From the NCBI GenBank assembly GCA_963798845.1, contig CAWCUS010000006.1:928001-992000 (forward strand): a DNA stretch of 64,000 bases, read 5' to 3'. Below the pieces are notes generated by a model that ran no database searches, was not told the origin of the DNA, and was given only the letters and a program-made list of their open reading frames with translations. Position 1 is the first letter of the stretch. Each line of letters begins with the position of its first letter. Below, in pieces: positions 37,398 through 47,890 of this stretch. The DNA is from an uncultured Gemmatimonadales bacterium. GTDB taxonomy: Bacteria > Gemmatimonadota > Gemmatimonadetes > Longimicrobiales > RSA9. The translations under genes and the position numbers were made by a program.

Positions 37398-37799
37398 TCA
37401 GACCGCGTCGATGGCCCGCTGCATCCGCTGCCGGACCTGCTCGGCCAGGGCGGGGAGGTCGGCGTTGTCGGCGACGGAGAGCTGCCTCACGGGGTCGATG
37501 GCCTCGACCATGGTGCGCCCGTCGGGGAGTTCCCGCACGACCACGTTGCAGGGGAGGAGGAGTCCGATGTCGGGCTCGGCCTGGAGCGCCTGGTGGGCGA
37601 GCGGTGGATTGCAGGCGCCCAGGATGAGGTACCTGGGGAAGTCGATGTCGAGCTTCTTCTTCATGGTCGCCTTGACGTCGATCTCGGTGAGGACGCCGAA
37701 CCCCTCGGCCTGAAGGGCGTCTCTGACTCGACGGTCGGCCTCATCGAAGGACACCTCGAGAGTGCGGGCGAGGGCGTAGGAAGCGGCTTCTGTGATCAC
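37398..37799 (-). CDS. DUF302 family protein
   Basis: EGFGVLTEIDVKATMKKKL, ILGACNP and IGLLLPCNVVV. Confidence 0.92.
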   Translation of the reverse strand: MITEAASYALARTLEVSFDEADRRVRDALQAEGFGVLTEIDVKATMKKKLDIDFPRYLILGACNPPLAHQALQAEPDIGLLLPCNVVVRELPDGRTMVEAIDPVRQLSVADNADLPALAEQVRQRMQRAIDAV

Positions 37800-37970
37800 G
37801 GTTCGGCTCCGATTTTCGGTGTAGGTGGGCGGGGCGCCCTGCCCCGCCTTTCTGTTTCGATGGATAACACATCGGGCAACCCGGTCGGCCACGTGGCGAC
37901 GCGCGTGTGCGTGAATGGAACGAATCCCGCATCGGGCGGTGCGCGACGCAACCCCCTCGAAGAGGCAGCC

Positions 37971-39596
37971 GTGGCGGAATCGTTCGACCTCGGGGCGCTG
38001 GTCGAGGAGTTCCGGGACGAAGCCCGTGACCAGGTGGACCGGCTCGACGGAGGGCTGATCCAGCTGGAGCGGGAAGGGGGGCTCTCGGAGGAGCCCCGAA
38101 GCGAGTTGCTGCGCGCTCTCCACACGTTGAAGGGGAACGCCGGGATGCTCGGTCTCTCCGCGATTCGGGACTTCGTCCACGTGCTGGAGAACGTGTTGAA
38201 ATCGCCGCCGGACGCGTGGGCGGACCCGATGCTGGAGCGGCTTTTCGAGGGTGCGGCCGCGGTGCGCCGAGCAGTGGAGGCGGCGGGAACGGACGACCAG
38301 ACCGAAGCGTTTGGTGAGCTGACGGCGGCGCGTCACCGGGTCGAGGAGCTCGAGCCGCCGGGGCGGCCGACCTCCGTCGTGGCGGGGGGGAGCGGTGCGG
38401 GGGCGGAGGCCGAGGGGGGTGGGGGTGCGCCGCTCGATCGCGTCCGGGTGCCGTTCCAGAAGCTCGACGCGCTGCTGAGCGAGGTGGGCGAGCTGGCGGC
38501 AGAGCTGGCCGGGGTCGAAGAGGCGCTCCAGAGCGTGGGCGTGTCGAGGTCGGTCCGGGCCAGCGTGCAGGCGGTGCGGCGCAGGGCGCGGGGGATACGC
38601 GACGGGGTGATGGGGTTGCGCCTGGTGCCGATGGCACGGGTGCTGGCGCGCTTCCACGCGCTGGTGCGGCGGCTTGCGCGGGAGCAGGGGAAGGAGGCGA
38701 GGCTGGTCGTGGAGGGCGAGGGGACGGAAGTGGACAAGAGCACGGCGGACGCGCTATCCGAGCCGCTGCTGCACCTCGTTCGCAACGCCATCGATCACGG
38801 GATCCAGACGCCGGCGGAGCGGGAAGCGGTGGGCAAGCCGCGCCATGGCACGATCCGGGTGATCGCTTCGCAGGACGGCGATGGAGTGCGGCTGGTGGTG
38901 GAAGACGACGGCAGTGGACTGGACCTGCCGGCGATCCGAAGTCGAGCGGAAGCGGCGGGGCTGGTTCAGCCCGGGGCGACGCGAACCGCCGAGGAGATCG
39001 CGGGCCTGATCTTCCTGCCCGGGTTCAGCACGCGGACGGACGTCAGCACGGTGTCGGGCCGGGGCGTGGGACTGGACGTGGTGCGCCGGAGCATCCGGGA
39101 GCTGCGCGGTGACCTGCGGGTCGAGCGACTGCAGGAAGGCGGAACGCGCTTCGTGATGCGACTCCCGCTGACGGTCGCGGTGGTGCCGAGCCTGATCCTG
39201 GAGACGGGCGGGGAGGTGCTGGCGGTCGCGGCGGCGGACGTCGTCCGCACGCTCAAGCTGATGGCGGTGGAGCGGGTGGGGGCGGGCGAGATGGTGCGCG
39301 TCGATGGGAAGCTGGTCCCCGTGATCGTGCCCGGGCGGCTTTTCGGCTGGAAGGAAGACGGCCGGGGCTCCCTGGGCGTGCTGGTTCGCAGCGGCGCCGA
39401 CGCGGCAGTTCTGGCGGCCGACCGTTTCCTGGACCAGCGTGACCTGGTGGTGAAGCAACTGCCTCCGTTCGGATCCCGCCCCCTCGGCGTCTCCGCCGCC
39501 AGCCTCAGGCCGGGCGGCCGCGTGATCCTGGTCCTGGACGCGCTGGAAGTCATGCAGCTGAACGAGGAACGGCCGGGCGGGAGCGCCGCGGCATGA
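37971..39596 (+). CDS. cheA: Chemosensory histidine kinase CheA (compact, no evident P2 domain)
   Basis: Hpt LRALHTLKGNAG, HLVRNAIDHGI, DDGSGLD, FLPGFST..VSGRGVGLDVV and a C-terminal CheW domain. Confidence 0.93.
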   Translation: MAESFDLGALVEEFRDEARDQVDRLDGGLIQLEREGGLSEEPRSELLRALHTLKGNAGMLGLSAIRDFVHVLENVLKSPPDAWADPMLERLFEGAAAVRRAVEAAGTDDQTEAFGELTAARHRVEELEPPGRPTSVVAGGSGAGAEAEGGGGAPLDRVRVPFQKLDALLSEVGELAAELAGVEEALQSVGVSRSVRASVQAVRRRARGIRDGVMGLRLVPMARVLARFHALVRRLAREQGKEARLVVEGEGTEVDKSTADALSEPLLHLVRNAIDHGIQTPAEREAVGKPRHGTIRVIASQDGDGVRLVVEDDGSGLDLPAIRSRAEAAGLVQPGATRTAEEIAGLIFLPGFSTRTDVSTVSGRGVGLDVVRRSIRELRGDLRVERLQEGGTRFVMRLPLTVAVVPSLILETGGEVLAVAAADVVRTLKLMAVERVGAGEMVRVDGKLVPVIVPGRLFGWKEDGRGSLGVLVRSGADAAVLAADRFLDQRDLVVKQLPPFGSRPLGVSAASLRPGGRVILVLDALEVMQLNEERPGGSAAA

Positions 39597-39976
39597 GCAC
39601 CGGCAAAGTGCTGGTCCTGGAGGACAGCCCCATGATGCGGAGCCTGTACCGGATGGTCCTGTCCGGAGAAGCCGAATCGCTGCGCTTCGCGGGGGATGGG
39701 ATCGAGGGGCTGGACCTCGCCGCCGCGGAGCCGGACCTGGACCTCTGCATCGTGGACGTGAACCTCCCACGCCTGGACGGGATCGCCTTCATACGCCGCC
39801 TGCGCACGGAGCTCGGCTTCGAGGCCGTGCGCATCGTGGTGGTGTCCACGGAGTGCGCCGACGCCGACAGGGCCGCAGCGTTCGAGGCGGGCGCCGACCG
39901 CTACCTGTGCAAGCCGTGGGAGCCGGACGAGCTCCTGTCCACGATCCGGAGCGTCCGAGGCGGGGAGCACGCGTGA
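39593..39976 (+). CDS. cheY: Single-domain response regulator (CheY-like)
   Basis: LEDS, IVDVNLPRLDG, VVST and CKPW. Coupled to cheA. Confidence 0.8.
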   Translation: MSTGKVLVLEDSPMMRSLYRMVLSGEAESLRFAGDGIEGLDLAAAEPDLDLCIVDVNLPRLDGIAFIRRLRTELGFEAVRIVVVSTECADADRAAAFEAGADRYLCKPWEPDELLSTIRSVRGGEHA

Positions 39977-40491
39977 GCGCCGCGGCGGATCCGGATCTTC
40001 CGGCCGGAGCGGGCGAGCGCGCCGGGGACCTCGCCGACCCGGCACCGACCCGGGACCTGCTCGTGGTGGGGCTGGGCAGCGCCCGCTTCGGGATCTGGGC
40101 GGACGAGGTGCTGGAGATCGTGGTTACACCGCCCATCAGCCGGCTTCCGGTCTCGAGCCCGGAAGTGGCCGGGGTGACGCATGTTCGGGGGGACATCGTC
40201 CCCGTGCTGGACCTTGGGTTGCGGCTGCTCGGCGTTTCCGCGCGGCGGCCCGGGCGTCTGGTCCTGGCCCGGAACAGCGAGACCGGGACCACCGTGGGGC
40301 TCCTGGTGGACGGCGCCCGCACGCTCCTCCAGGTGCCCGCCGGGGAGATCGACCCGCCGCCTCGCCCGTCCGATTCCGGCCTGCCGGCTGGCGTGGCGAT
40401 CGGGCTGGTGCCGGACGACGAGGGTGCGGTCACGGTGCTGCACCTGGGGCGCGCGACGGCGCCGCCCGAACCGACGAATCAGGAGGCGTGA
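39973..40491 (+). CDS. cheW: Chemosensory coupling protein CheW
   Basis: FGIWADEVLEI, GVTHVRGDIVPVLDL and VGLLVD. Confidence 0.9.
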   Translation: MSAAADPDLPAGAGERAGDLADPAPTRDLLVVGLGSARFGIWADEVLEIVVTPPISRLPVSSPEVAGVTHVRGDIVPVLDLGLRLLGVSARRPGRLVLARNSETGTTVGLLVDGARTLLQVPAGEIDPPPRPSDSGLPAGVAIGLVPDDEGAVTVLHLGRATAPPEPTNQEA

Positions 40492-40495
40492 GCGG

Positions 40496-42455
40496 ATGGT
40501 CGAATGGTTCAGGAACACGCGCGTTCGCAACAAGATCCTGCTGGGCTACGGCATCGTCGTCCTGTTCGCGGCGCTCATCGGCGTGGTCGTCTTCGTCCAG
40601 GGCGCGGCACTGGAAGGGGAGCGCACGCAGCTGGATCGCGTGGAGAACGTGCAGACCGCCACAGCGCTCATGAACGCGGCCGTCGCGGACCGGCTGACGG
40701 CGCTGCGCGACTTCATCATCACGGGGCAACCCGGGGCGCTGGAGCAGTACACCGCGGCCGGGGAGCGACTCCGGCAGCACGCGCAGGAGGCGCGCTCGCT
40801 CATCCGCGATTCGACGCAGCTGGCTCGGCTGGACACGGCTGTGACGGTGGCTGAGGTGTGGACGCACGAGGTGGCGGAGCCAGCCATCGAGGCGCGCCGC
40901 ACCGTGGGCAGCATGCAGCTGCCGCAGAACGTCCTGGCGGCGCTGAGCGGCGGGGAGGGTGCGCGCGCGAGGGACGTGCTCCGTCGCCTGGACCAGCGGG
41001 CGCAGGACATCGCGGATGAGCGGCATGCCCGCATGCAGGAAGCCGTGGCGCGGATGCAGCTCCTGACCGTGGTGCTGACGGTTCTGGCGGTGGCGGTCGG
41101 GATCGCCGTCGCGGCGTGGATCGCCTCGCGCATCGCCGGACCGCTGAACCGTGCGGTTCTGTTCGCGGAATCGGTGGCCGGCGGAGACCTCACCGGTCGG
41201 CTGGCGTCCACGGGAGACGACGAGCTGGGGCGGCTGGAGGAGTCCCTGAACACAATGTCGTCCAAGCTGCGCCAGCTGGTGGGCGAAGTGAACGAGACCA
41301 CGACGCAGGTGGCTTCGGCGGCGGAAGAGATCGCCGCGACATCCGAGCGGATCTCCGGGACGGTGGACGACCAGGTCGGGGCGACGGAGGCCATGTCGTC
41401 GTCAATGGAAGAGATTGCCGCGCAGATCGCCCGGGTTGCGCAGAACACGGAGGACCTGGCGGCATCGGTGGACCAGACATTCGAGCTCGATCGCGCAGAT
41501 GGGTCAGGCGATCGAATCGACGGCGGTGAACTCGGAAGCGCTGGGCAGCGCGGTGGACGAGACATCGACCACCATGGAGGAGATGGCGGCGTCCATCACG
41601 CAGGCGGAGCGGCATGCCGACGAGACGCGCCGGATCGCGGAAACGGCGGCGGAGGATGCGCAGGAGGGGGGGGCCGCCATGAGCCAGGTCACGGCGGGAA
41701 TGGAAGGGATCCACGAAGAGCTGGACCAGCTCGTGGCGACGATCCAGGCGCTCGACCGGGCGGGGGAGTCGGTGGGGCGGATCTCGGAGCTCATGGAGGA
41801 CATCGCGGACCAGACCAACCTGCTGGCCCTGAACGCATCGATCGAGGCGGCGCGGGCCGGCGAGCACGGTCGCGGCTTCGCGGTCGTGGCGCAGGAGGTC
41901 CGTCGCCTCGCCGAGCGCTCCGTCGAGTCGGCGCGCGACATCCGCGACACCATCAACGAAGTCCGGGACCGGGTTCGCGACGCCAGCGTGTCGAGCGACG
42001 TCATGGCCGCGCGCACGCGGGAAGGGCGGGAGGTGGTGAGCCGGGCCGCGGAGACGCTGTCGAAGATCCTCGAATCGTCGGGGCGGACCCGGAGCCTGAT
42101 GGACGAAGTGGCGGTGGCGACGCAGGAGCAGACGAAGGCGGCGTCGCAGACGCACGAGGCGATGCGCCACATCCAGGGGATCGCGGAGCAGTCGCGCATC
42201 GCCACGAAGGAGCAGGCGCTGAGCAGTCGCCAGATCGTGGAGGCGGTGGAGCGGATGAACCGGCAGACGCAGGAGGTGTTCGAGGCGACGGCGGAGCAGA
42301 AGAAGGGTGGGGAGCTGGTCCTGCAGAGCACGGAGGAGATCAGCATCGGCGCGCGCGACGCCCAGGCGGCCGTCCAGGAGCTGGTGAAGGCCGCGCAGGA
42401 CCTGTCCGCACAGGCCAGCCGCCTCACTACCCTGGTGAGCACGTTCCATGTCTGA
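40496..42455 (+). pseudogene. Methyl-accepting chemotaxis protein split by a +1 frameshift at 41480-41481
   Basis: TM-periplasmic helical domain-TM-HAMP in one frame and [30 protein letters not shown] in the next. Deleting one T from ACATTCG gives DQTSSSIAQM. May be a sequencing error. Confidence 0.88.
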
Positions 42456-44235
42456 ATCCGACGCGCTCCAGGCGCTGGTCGGGGACGACGAATGGCTTCG
42501 GCACCGCGTTCTCGAGCGACTCCGGGCCGCCGGGGCTTCCGACGACCAGCTCGCTGCCTTCCGGTCCGCCCTCGGCGACCCCAATGCCACAGCCCGTGCG
42601 GCCGCCCGGATGGCGCTGGCGGCGACCGCGGCGGAGGGGTCGCCGTCGGCCGCGCCCGCCCGCCGGCTCCTGCTCGACGCCCTCGGCTCGCGTGACGAAG
42701 GCCTCCGCGTCCTCGCCGCCTCCGCCCTCGGGGAGAGCGGGTCGGATGACGCCGTCGGACCCCTGATCGACGCCCTCGACGACCCGTCGTCCAATGTCGC
42801 GGCGGCCGCCGCCGACGCGCTGGGGCAGCTGGGCGCGCCCGCAGCCGTGGGGCCCCTGGCGGCGCGCATCGGGACGGAGGACCTCTGGGTCCGGGCCGCC
42901 GTGGTGGTGGCGCTGGGGCGGCTCCGGGACGCGCGGGCGCTCACTGCCCTGGCCAGGGTCGCCCGTCAGCCGGGGCTGGAGGTTCCGCTCATCGAGGCGC
43001 TGCTTCAGATCAGTGATCCCGATTCGCTGCCGGTGCTGCAGCAGGTCTCCCGCACCGCTCCGCTGGACGCGCTCCTCGCGGCCGGGGCCCTCCTGTCCGC
43101 GTTCCCGGACACGGCCGTTCCCGCCTGGGTGCGCGCGGCGGCGCTGGAACACGAAGCGGAGCTGCGCGCGCGGCTGTCGAGGGAGGACGATCCGGCCGTG
43201 GCCCGGCTGGTCGGGATCGCCGGGCACCCGCAGGGGCTGGAGATGCTGGTGGACCTCGCAGGCCCGCCAAGACGCAGCGAGGCGGCGCTCGCCGGCCTAC
43301 TGGCGGCGCCTCCCCGCGACCGCGCCGTCCCGCTCGTCGCTCACCTCGCCGCGGCCGACCCGGACGACATGGTAACGCTCCTCTCCCTCCTCCCGCCCGT
43401 GGAGGACCCCGACCACATCGCCGTGCTCGTCCCCCTGCTCTCGCACGACGACCCGGACGTTCGAGGCGCAGCAGCAGCCGCGCTGGCCCGCGCGCCCGCG
43501 GACACGGCGCTACCGCTCCTCACAGCCGAGCTGGAGCGGGCGGGCGCGGCGCCGGAGGTGGTGCGGGCCATGGGTGGGCTGCGGGACACGGTTTGCGCCG
43601 CCCTCGTTCCGCTCATGACCGATCCGTCCCCCGAGGTGCGGACCGCGGCGGCCGAAGCGCTGGCGCGGTGCGCCGGCGCGTCCGCCGCGGCGGCGCTGGA
43701 GGACGCCCTGGCGGAGGAGACCTGGCCGGCGACGCGGCGCGCGCTGCTGCGGGCCCTCGGCAGCGCCGGCGGCCCGCTCGGCCCCCTGGTCCTCGCTCTC
43801 GACGACCCCGACCCCGAGACACGCGTTGCGGCCATCGAGGCACTCGGCACCGCCGGAGACCGGGCATCGGTGCCGCATCTGCGTCGCCATCTCGACCGGC
43901 CCGCGCCGGAGGCGGAGGCGCTGGCGGCGCTGCGCGCGCTCGGCCAGGTGGGGAACGGAGGGGCGGCGGAGGGGCTGGTTCCGAGCTTCGCATCGCCGGA
44001 CCTGGAACGCCGCCGGGCGGCGGTCCACTCCGCCGTGGCGCTGGCGCCGCACCTCCCGGAGGACGCGGTGCGGCGCGTCCTCACGGACGCAGATGAATGG
44101 GTGCGGGTCGGAGCCGCGCGGATCCTCGCCCGGCGGGGTGAGGAGGGGCAGGAGGCGCTGGCGCGGTTGGCGTCGTCGGATCGGTCCCCGGCCGTGCGCG
44201 CGGAGGCGAGGCGCCTGCTCGATCGGGAGGGCTGA
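42448..44235 (+). CDS. Cytoplasmic HEAT-repeat protein within the che operon
   Basis: Repeated LxDxDxxVRxAAAxAL units and no signal peptide. Overlaps the MCP stop. Confidence 0.88.
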   Translation: MSESDALQALVGDDEWLRHRVLERLRAAGASDDQLAAFRSALGDPNATARAAARMALAATAAEGSPSAAPARRLLLDALGSRDEGLRVLAASALGESGSDDAVGPLIDALDDPSSNVAAAAADALGQLGAPAAVGPLAARIGTEDLWVRAAVVVALGRLRDARALTALARVARQPGLEVPLIEALLQISDPDSLPVLQQVSRTAPLDALLAAGALLSAFPDTAVPAWVRAAALEHEAELRARLSREDDPAVARLVGIAGHPQGLEMLVDLAGPPRRSEAALAGLLAAPPRDRAVPLVAHLAAADPDDMVTLLSLLPPVEDPDHIAVLVPLLSHDDPDVRGAAAAALARAPADTALPLLTAELERAGAAPEVVRAMGGLRDTVCAALVPLMTDPSPEVRTAAAEALARCAGASAAAALEDALAEETWPATRRALLRALGSAGGPLGPLVLALDDPDPETRVAAIEALGTAGDRASVPHLRRHLDRPAPEAEALAALRALGQVGNGGAAEGLVPSFASPDLERRRAAVHSAVALAPHLPEDAVRRVLTDADEWVRVGAARILARRGEEGQEALARLASSDRSPAVRAEARRLLDREG

Positions 44236-44236
44236 T

Positions 44237-45079
44237 TTGCCGCCACCCCTCACGGACGACGAGTACCGCCTGTTCGCCGAGTGGCTGGCGCGCGAGTACG
44301 GTCTCCGCTTCGGGCCCGAGAAGCGGGAGATCCTGCGAGCTCGACTGGAGCCCCGCCGCGCGGCGCTGAACCTGCCGACGTTCGAGCAGCTCCTCTTTCG
44401 TGTGCGCTATCACCCATCGGCGGGGGAGGAGCGACTGCGGCTCGTCTCGCACCTGACGAACAACGAGAGCTACTTCTTCCGGGAGCGCGGGAAGCTGGAT
44501 GTGCTGCGCGACGAGGTGCTCCCGAAGCTGGCGCGGGAAGCGAAGGCGGCCGGCAGGTCGCAGCTGCGGATCCTGAGCGCCGGGAGCGCCTCGGGAGAGG
44601 AGGCGTATTCGCTGGCCAGCGTCGCCCTGGACGCGCTCCGTGGCACCGGCATTGGCCCGCTGGTCACCGGCGTGGACCTGGACGAGTCTGCGCTCGAGCG
44701 GGCCCGGCGCGCCGTCTATCGTGGCCACGCCTTCCGGGGCGTCGACGCCGAGCTCCGCGACCGCCTCTTCACCGCGGACGGAGACGGGATGTGGCGGCTG
44801 GATTCCCGCGTGCGCGCTGCGGCACGGTTTCAGCAGGGCAACCTGGTGGATCCCGGCTTCCCCGCGAAGCTGCCGGAGCAGGACGTGGTGTTCTGTCGCA
44901 ACGTCCTGATCTACTTCGACGACGCCGGGATCCGGCGCGCCGTGGACAACCTCTACGAGGTCGTGCGGCCCGGGGGCTATCTCTTCCTGGGCCATTCGGA
45001 GACGCTGAGCCGCGTCCCGACCCGGTTCGTGCCGGAGCGGCGGCCCGGTGCCGTCATGTACTCGCGGGCGAAGGAGTGA
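44237..45079 (+). CDS. cheR: Chemoreceptor methyltransferase CheR
   Basis: LTNNESYFFRE, SAGSASGEEAYS, DVVFCRNVLIYF and GGYLFLGHSE. Confidence 0.94.
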   Translation: MPPPLTDDEYRLFAEWLAREYGLRFGPEKREILRARLEPRRAALNLPTFEQLLFRVRYHPSAGEERLRLVSHLTNNESYFFRERGKLDVLRDEVLPKLAREAKAAGRSQLRILSAGSASGEEAYSLASVALDALRGTGIGPLVTGVDLDESALERARRAVYRGHAFRGVDAELRDRLFTADGDGMWRLDSRVRAAARFQQGNLVDPGFPAKLPEQDVVFCRNVLIYFDDAGIRRAVDNLYEVVRPGGYLFLGHSETLSRVPTRFVPERRPGAVMYSRAKE

Positions 45080-45080
45080 T

Positions 45081-46133
45081 GTGCCGGAGCCGATCGAGGT
45101 GCTGGTAGTGGACGACTCGCCGTTCGTCCGCAGCGCGGTGAAGCGGATGCTCGCGCCGCTCGAGCAGGTCCGGGTGGTGGGTACGGCGGGGGACGGTCGG
45201 GAGGCGGTGGAGCAGGTGGAGCGCCTTCATCCGGACGTGGTCATCCTCGACATCGCCATGCCGGAGGTGGACGGGCTGGAAGCCATACGCCAGATCATGG
45301 CGACACGGCCCACGCCCATCCTCGTGCTCAGCTCGCACACTCGCCCTGGCGCCGAGATCACGCTGAGGGCGCTGGACCTCGGGGCCGTCGACTTCATAAG
45401 CAAGGCGCAGGCAGGAACCCGCATGGACATTTACCAGCTCGCGCCCGCACTCCGGGAGAAGGTCCTGGGCGTAGCCGTGTCCAGGCTCTCGGCCGGGGCC
45501 CCCTCGTCCGCGGATGTGGAGATCGGGCGTGCCGAGCGCCGCACGTTCCGAACGCCCTCGTACGATGTCCTGGCCATCGGCGCCTCCACGGGTGGGCCGC
45601 GCGCGCTCGTCCGGATCCTCGGCTCGCTCCCCTCCCCTTTCCCGGCCGGGATCGTCATCGCGCAGCACATGCCGGCGGGGTTCACCGCCACGCTCGCCGA
45701 GCGCCTGGACCGTCGCTCGGAGCTGCAGGTCCGCGAAGCCCGCGACGGAGACCGGATCGAGCCGGGTGTGGCGCTGCTCGGGGTGGGAGGACGGCAGTTT
45801 CGGGTCGAGAGTGGCCCTGATGGCCTCCGCGCCCGCGTACCCTCAGAGCCGGACCGCTTCCTCCACCGCCCCTCAGTGGACCACCTCCTCTCTTCCGTTG
45901 CGCGGGCGGCGGGCTCGCGCGCCATCGGAATGGTGCTCACGGGGATGGGTCAGGACGGGGCGAAAGGGCTCGCCGATGTGCGCCGTGCGGGCGGGCGCAC
46001 GCTGGCGGAGTCGGAGGAGAGCGCCGTGATCTTCGGCATGCCGCGCGCCGCCGCTCCGCACGCCGAGCAGGTGCTCCCGCTGGATCGACTCCCGGCCGCC
46101 ATCGTCGACCTCTTCGCGGCGGAGTCCGGCTGA
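45081..46133 (+). CDS. cheB: Chemoreceptor methylesterase CheB (REC plus esterase)
   Basis: VVDDS...LDIAMP, IGASTGGP, AQHMP, RPSVD, LTGMGQDG and IFGMP. Confidence 0.95.
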   Translation: MPEPIEVLVVDDSPFVRSAVKRMLAPLEQVRVVGTAGDGREAVEQVERLHPDVVILDIAMPEVDGLEAIRQIMATRPTPILVLSSHTRPGAEITLRALDLGAVDFISKAQAGTRMDIYQLAPALREKVLGVAVSRLSAGAPSSADVEIGRAERRTFRTPSYDVLAIGASTGGPRALVRILGSLPSPFPAGIVIAQHMPAGFTATLAERLDRRSELQVREARDGDRIEPGVALLGVGGRQFRVESGPDGLRARVPSEPDRFLHRPSVDHLLSSVARAAGSRAIGMVLTGMGQDGAKGLADVRRAGGRTLAESEESAVIFGMPRAAAPHAEQVLPLDRLPAAIVDLFAAESG

Positions 46134-47734
46134 TGGCGCGGATCCTGGTGGTGGACGACCAGAAGATCTCCCGCCTCACTCTCGCCGGGATCCTGGGCGA
46201 GGCGAGCCACAGCGTGCGCGTGGAGGCGAGCGGAGCCGAGGGGTTGAGCGCCGCGCGATCCTGGCTGCCGGACGTCATCATCCTCGATGTCCACATGCCC
46301 GGAATGGACGGCTTCGCCGTGGTCGAGCGGCTGAAGCAGGATCCGCTCACCGAGTCGATCCCCGTGGTCTTCCTGACAGGCGACCCGCCCACCGACGAGC
46401 TCATCGTCCGTGGCCTGGACCTCGGCGCGTACGACTTCCTGAGCAAGGGGTGCAGCAAGGCGGAGCTGCTGGCCAGGGTCGGCGTGATGGAGCGCATCAA
46501 GCGCGGGCACGACGAGCTCTCTGCCATCGCCCGGATCTCGGACGCGTTGCTCCATTCGGTCGATCCGGAGGCGCTCGCGAGCCAGTTCATTCGGGAAGCG
46601 CGCAAGGTGTTCCGCGCCGACGCCGTCGCCGTGGCGGTTCGGCGCCGCGGGAGCGATCGCGTCCGCGCGCAGGAGGGGCTCGACGACGTGGAGGATCTCG
46701 ACGATCTCCTTGCCGCTCTCGGCGACCGCGTCCGCGATGGCGACAGCGCCGTGACCGAGTTCCTCGACGACCAGGCCGTCGCCGTGGTCGTCTCGCCCCG
46801 GGTGACGGACGGTTTCGGATCTGCCGCCGTCGCGTGCGTCAGCCGCCGGCCCAGCCGCGTACTGGTCGTCCTCCTTGCCCGGGGCGCGGGCGCCTTCCGG
46901 GAGGATGTCGATGGTCCGCTCCTGAAGACGCTGAGCAATCAGGCGGCGATGGCGCTCGATCATGCGCTGCTCAACGAGCGGGCGCGTCGGCAGGCGAGAG
47001 ATCTGGAGCGCGCCATCACGGAGCGATCGAGGTTCTTCGCTTCGCTCAGCCACGAGCTGAGAACGCCGATCAACGCGGTGATCGGATACAATCACCTGCT
47101 CCAGGAGAAGATCTTCGGCGACCTCGGGGAGCAGCAGATGGATGCCCTCGGCAAGGCCAACCGGAGCGCGCAACACCTGCTCGAGCTGGTGGATGACATC
47201 CTGGACATCTCCAAGATCGAGGCGGGCAAGCTGCAGATATTCCCGGAGCAGGTCGAGCTGTCGGCGCTGCTCCGGGACACCGCCACGTCGCTCCAGCTCC
47301 AGGCCCGCGAGAAGGGGATCTACCTGGACATCGAGGCCCCCGAGCGCGTGGTGGTCGAAACCGACCCCGCACGCGTCCGGCAGATCGTTCTCAACCTCCT
47401 GTCCAACGCCGTCAAGTTCACCGATGACGGCGGCGTCAAGGTCACCCTCGGCACGCCCGACTCCGGCGACGGGCGCGGCCACGTGGAGGTGCGAGTGCGG
47501 GACACCGGCCCCGGCATCTCGGCTGCGGACCGCGAGCGCGTCTTCGACGAGTTCGAGCAGGTCGGCCGGAACGCGGGACCTGGCGGAACCGGCCCCGGCG
47601 GCACCGGCCTCGGCCTCGCCATCTCCCGGCGGCTCGCCGAGCTCCTGGGCGGCGAGCTCCGCCTGGAGAGCGAGCTGGGCAGCGGGTCCACCTTCATCCT
47701 GACGCTGCCGGAGAAGACCGCGAAACCCGCGTAG
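46133..47734 (+). CDS. Cytoplasmic hybrid kinase (REC - GAF-like - HisKA - HATPase)
   Basis: VVDD..LDVHMPGMDG, LSHELRTPINAVIG, QIVLNLLSNAVKFT, DTGPGI and GTGLGL. Confidence 0.92.
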   Translation: MARILVVDDQKISRLTLAGILGEASHSVRVEASGAEGLSAARSWLPDVIILDVHMPGMDGFAVVERLKQDPLTESIPVVFLTGDPPTDELIVRGLDLGAYDFLSKGCSKAELLARVGVMERIKRGHDELSAIARISDALLHSVDPEALASQFIREARKVFRADAVAVAVRRRGSDRVRAQEGLDDVEDLDDLLAALGDRVRDGDSAVTEFLDDQAVAVVVSPRVTDGFGSAAVACVSRRPSRVLVVLLARGAGAFREDVDGPLLKTLSNQAAMALDHALLNERARRQARDLERAITERSRFFASLSHELRTPINAVIGYNHLLQEKIFGDLGEQQMDALGKANRSAQHLLELVDDILDISKIEAGKLQIFPEQVELSALLRDTATSLQLQAREKGIYLDIEAPERVVVETDPARVRQIVLNLLSNAVKFTDDGGVKVTLGTPDSGDGRGHVEVRVRDTGPGISAADRERVFDEFEQVGRNAGPGGTGPGGTGLGLAISRRLAELLGGELRLESELGSGSTFILTLPEKTAKPA

Positions 47735-47824
47735 CTCGCGGCCGAAAGTCAGCCGGCCGCGGCGAAGGGGTCGTGACGCCATCCGTCGCATCGCCTTATC
47801 CTCCTGCCGTCGTTGCGTCTTCTC

Positions 47825-47851
47825 GCAACCCTACGGACCCCGGTCGTGTCC
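47825..47851 (+). promoter_or_regulatory. Possible ECF-type (autoregulatory) promoter
   Basis: GCAACC-N16-TGTC upstream of the ECF sigma gene resembles the AAC/GTC ECF promoter architecture. Confidence 0.35.
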
Positions 47852-47890
47852 CATAGACCGAGGACAACGCAAACCGTTCCGCGATCGCGA

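Noticed and set aside
36850..37713. 287-aa ORF on + (including the ATG at 37180, MFHSEKEVILV...)
   Set aside because: It has low-complexity Gly/Arg composition, runs through a terminator hairpin and lies antisense to the DUF302 gene.
41461..41500. Programmed ribosomal frameshifting in the MCP or rhomboid genes
   Set aside because: There is no slippery sequence or evident stimulatory element, and neither family is known to me to use recoding. A simple indel is more parsimonious.
40181..42766. 861-aa ORF as a genuine protein
   Set aside because: It is the MCP N-terminal half running on into an Arg/Gly-rich wrong frame after the frameshift at 41480.
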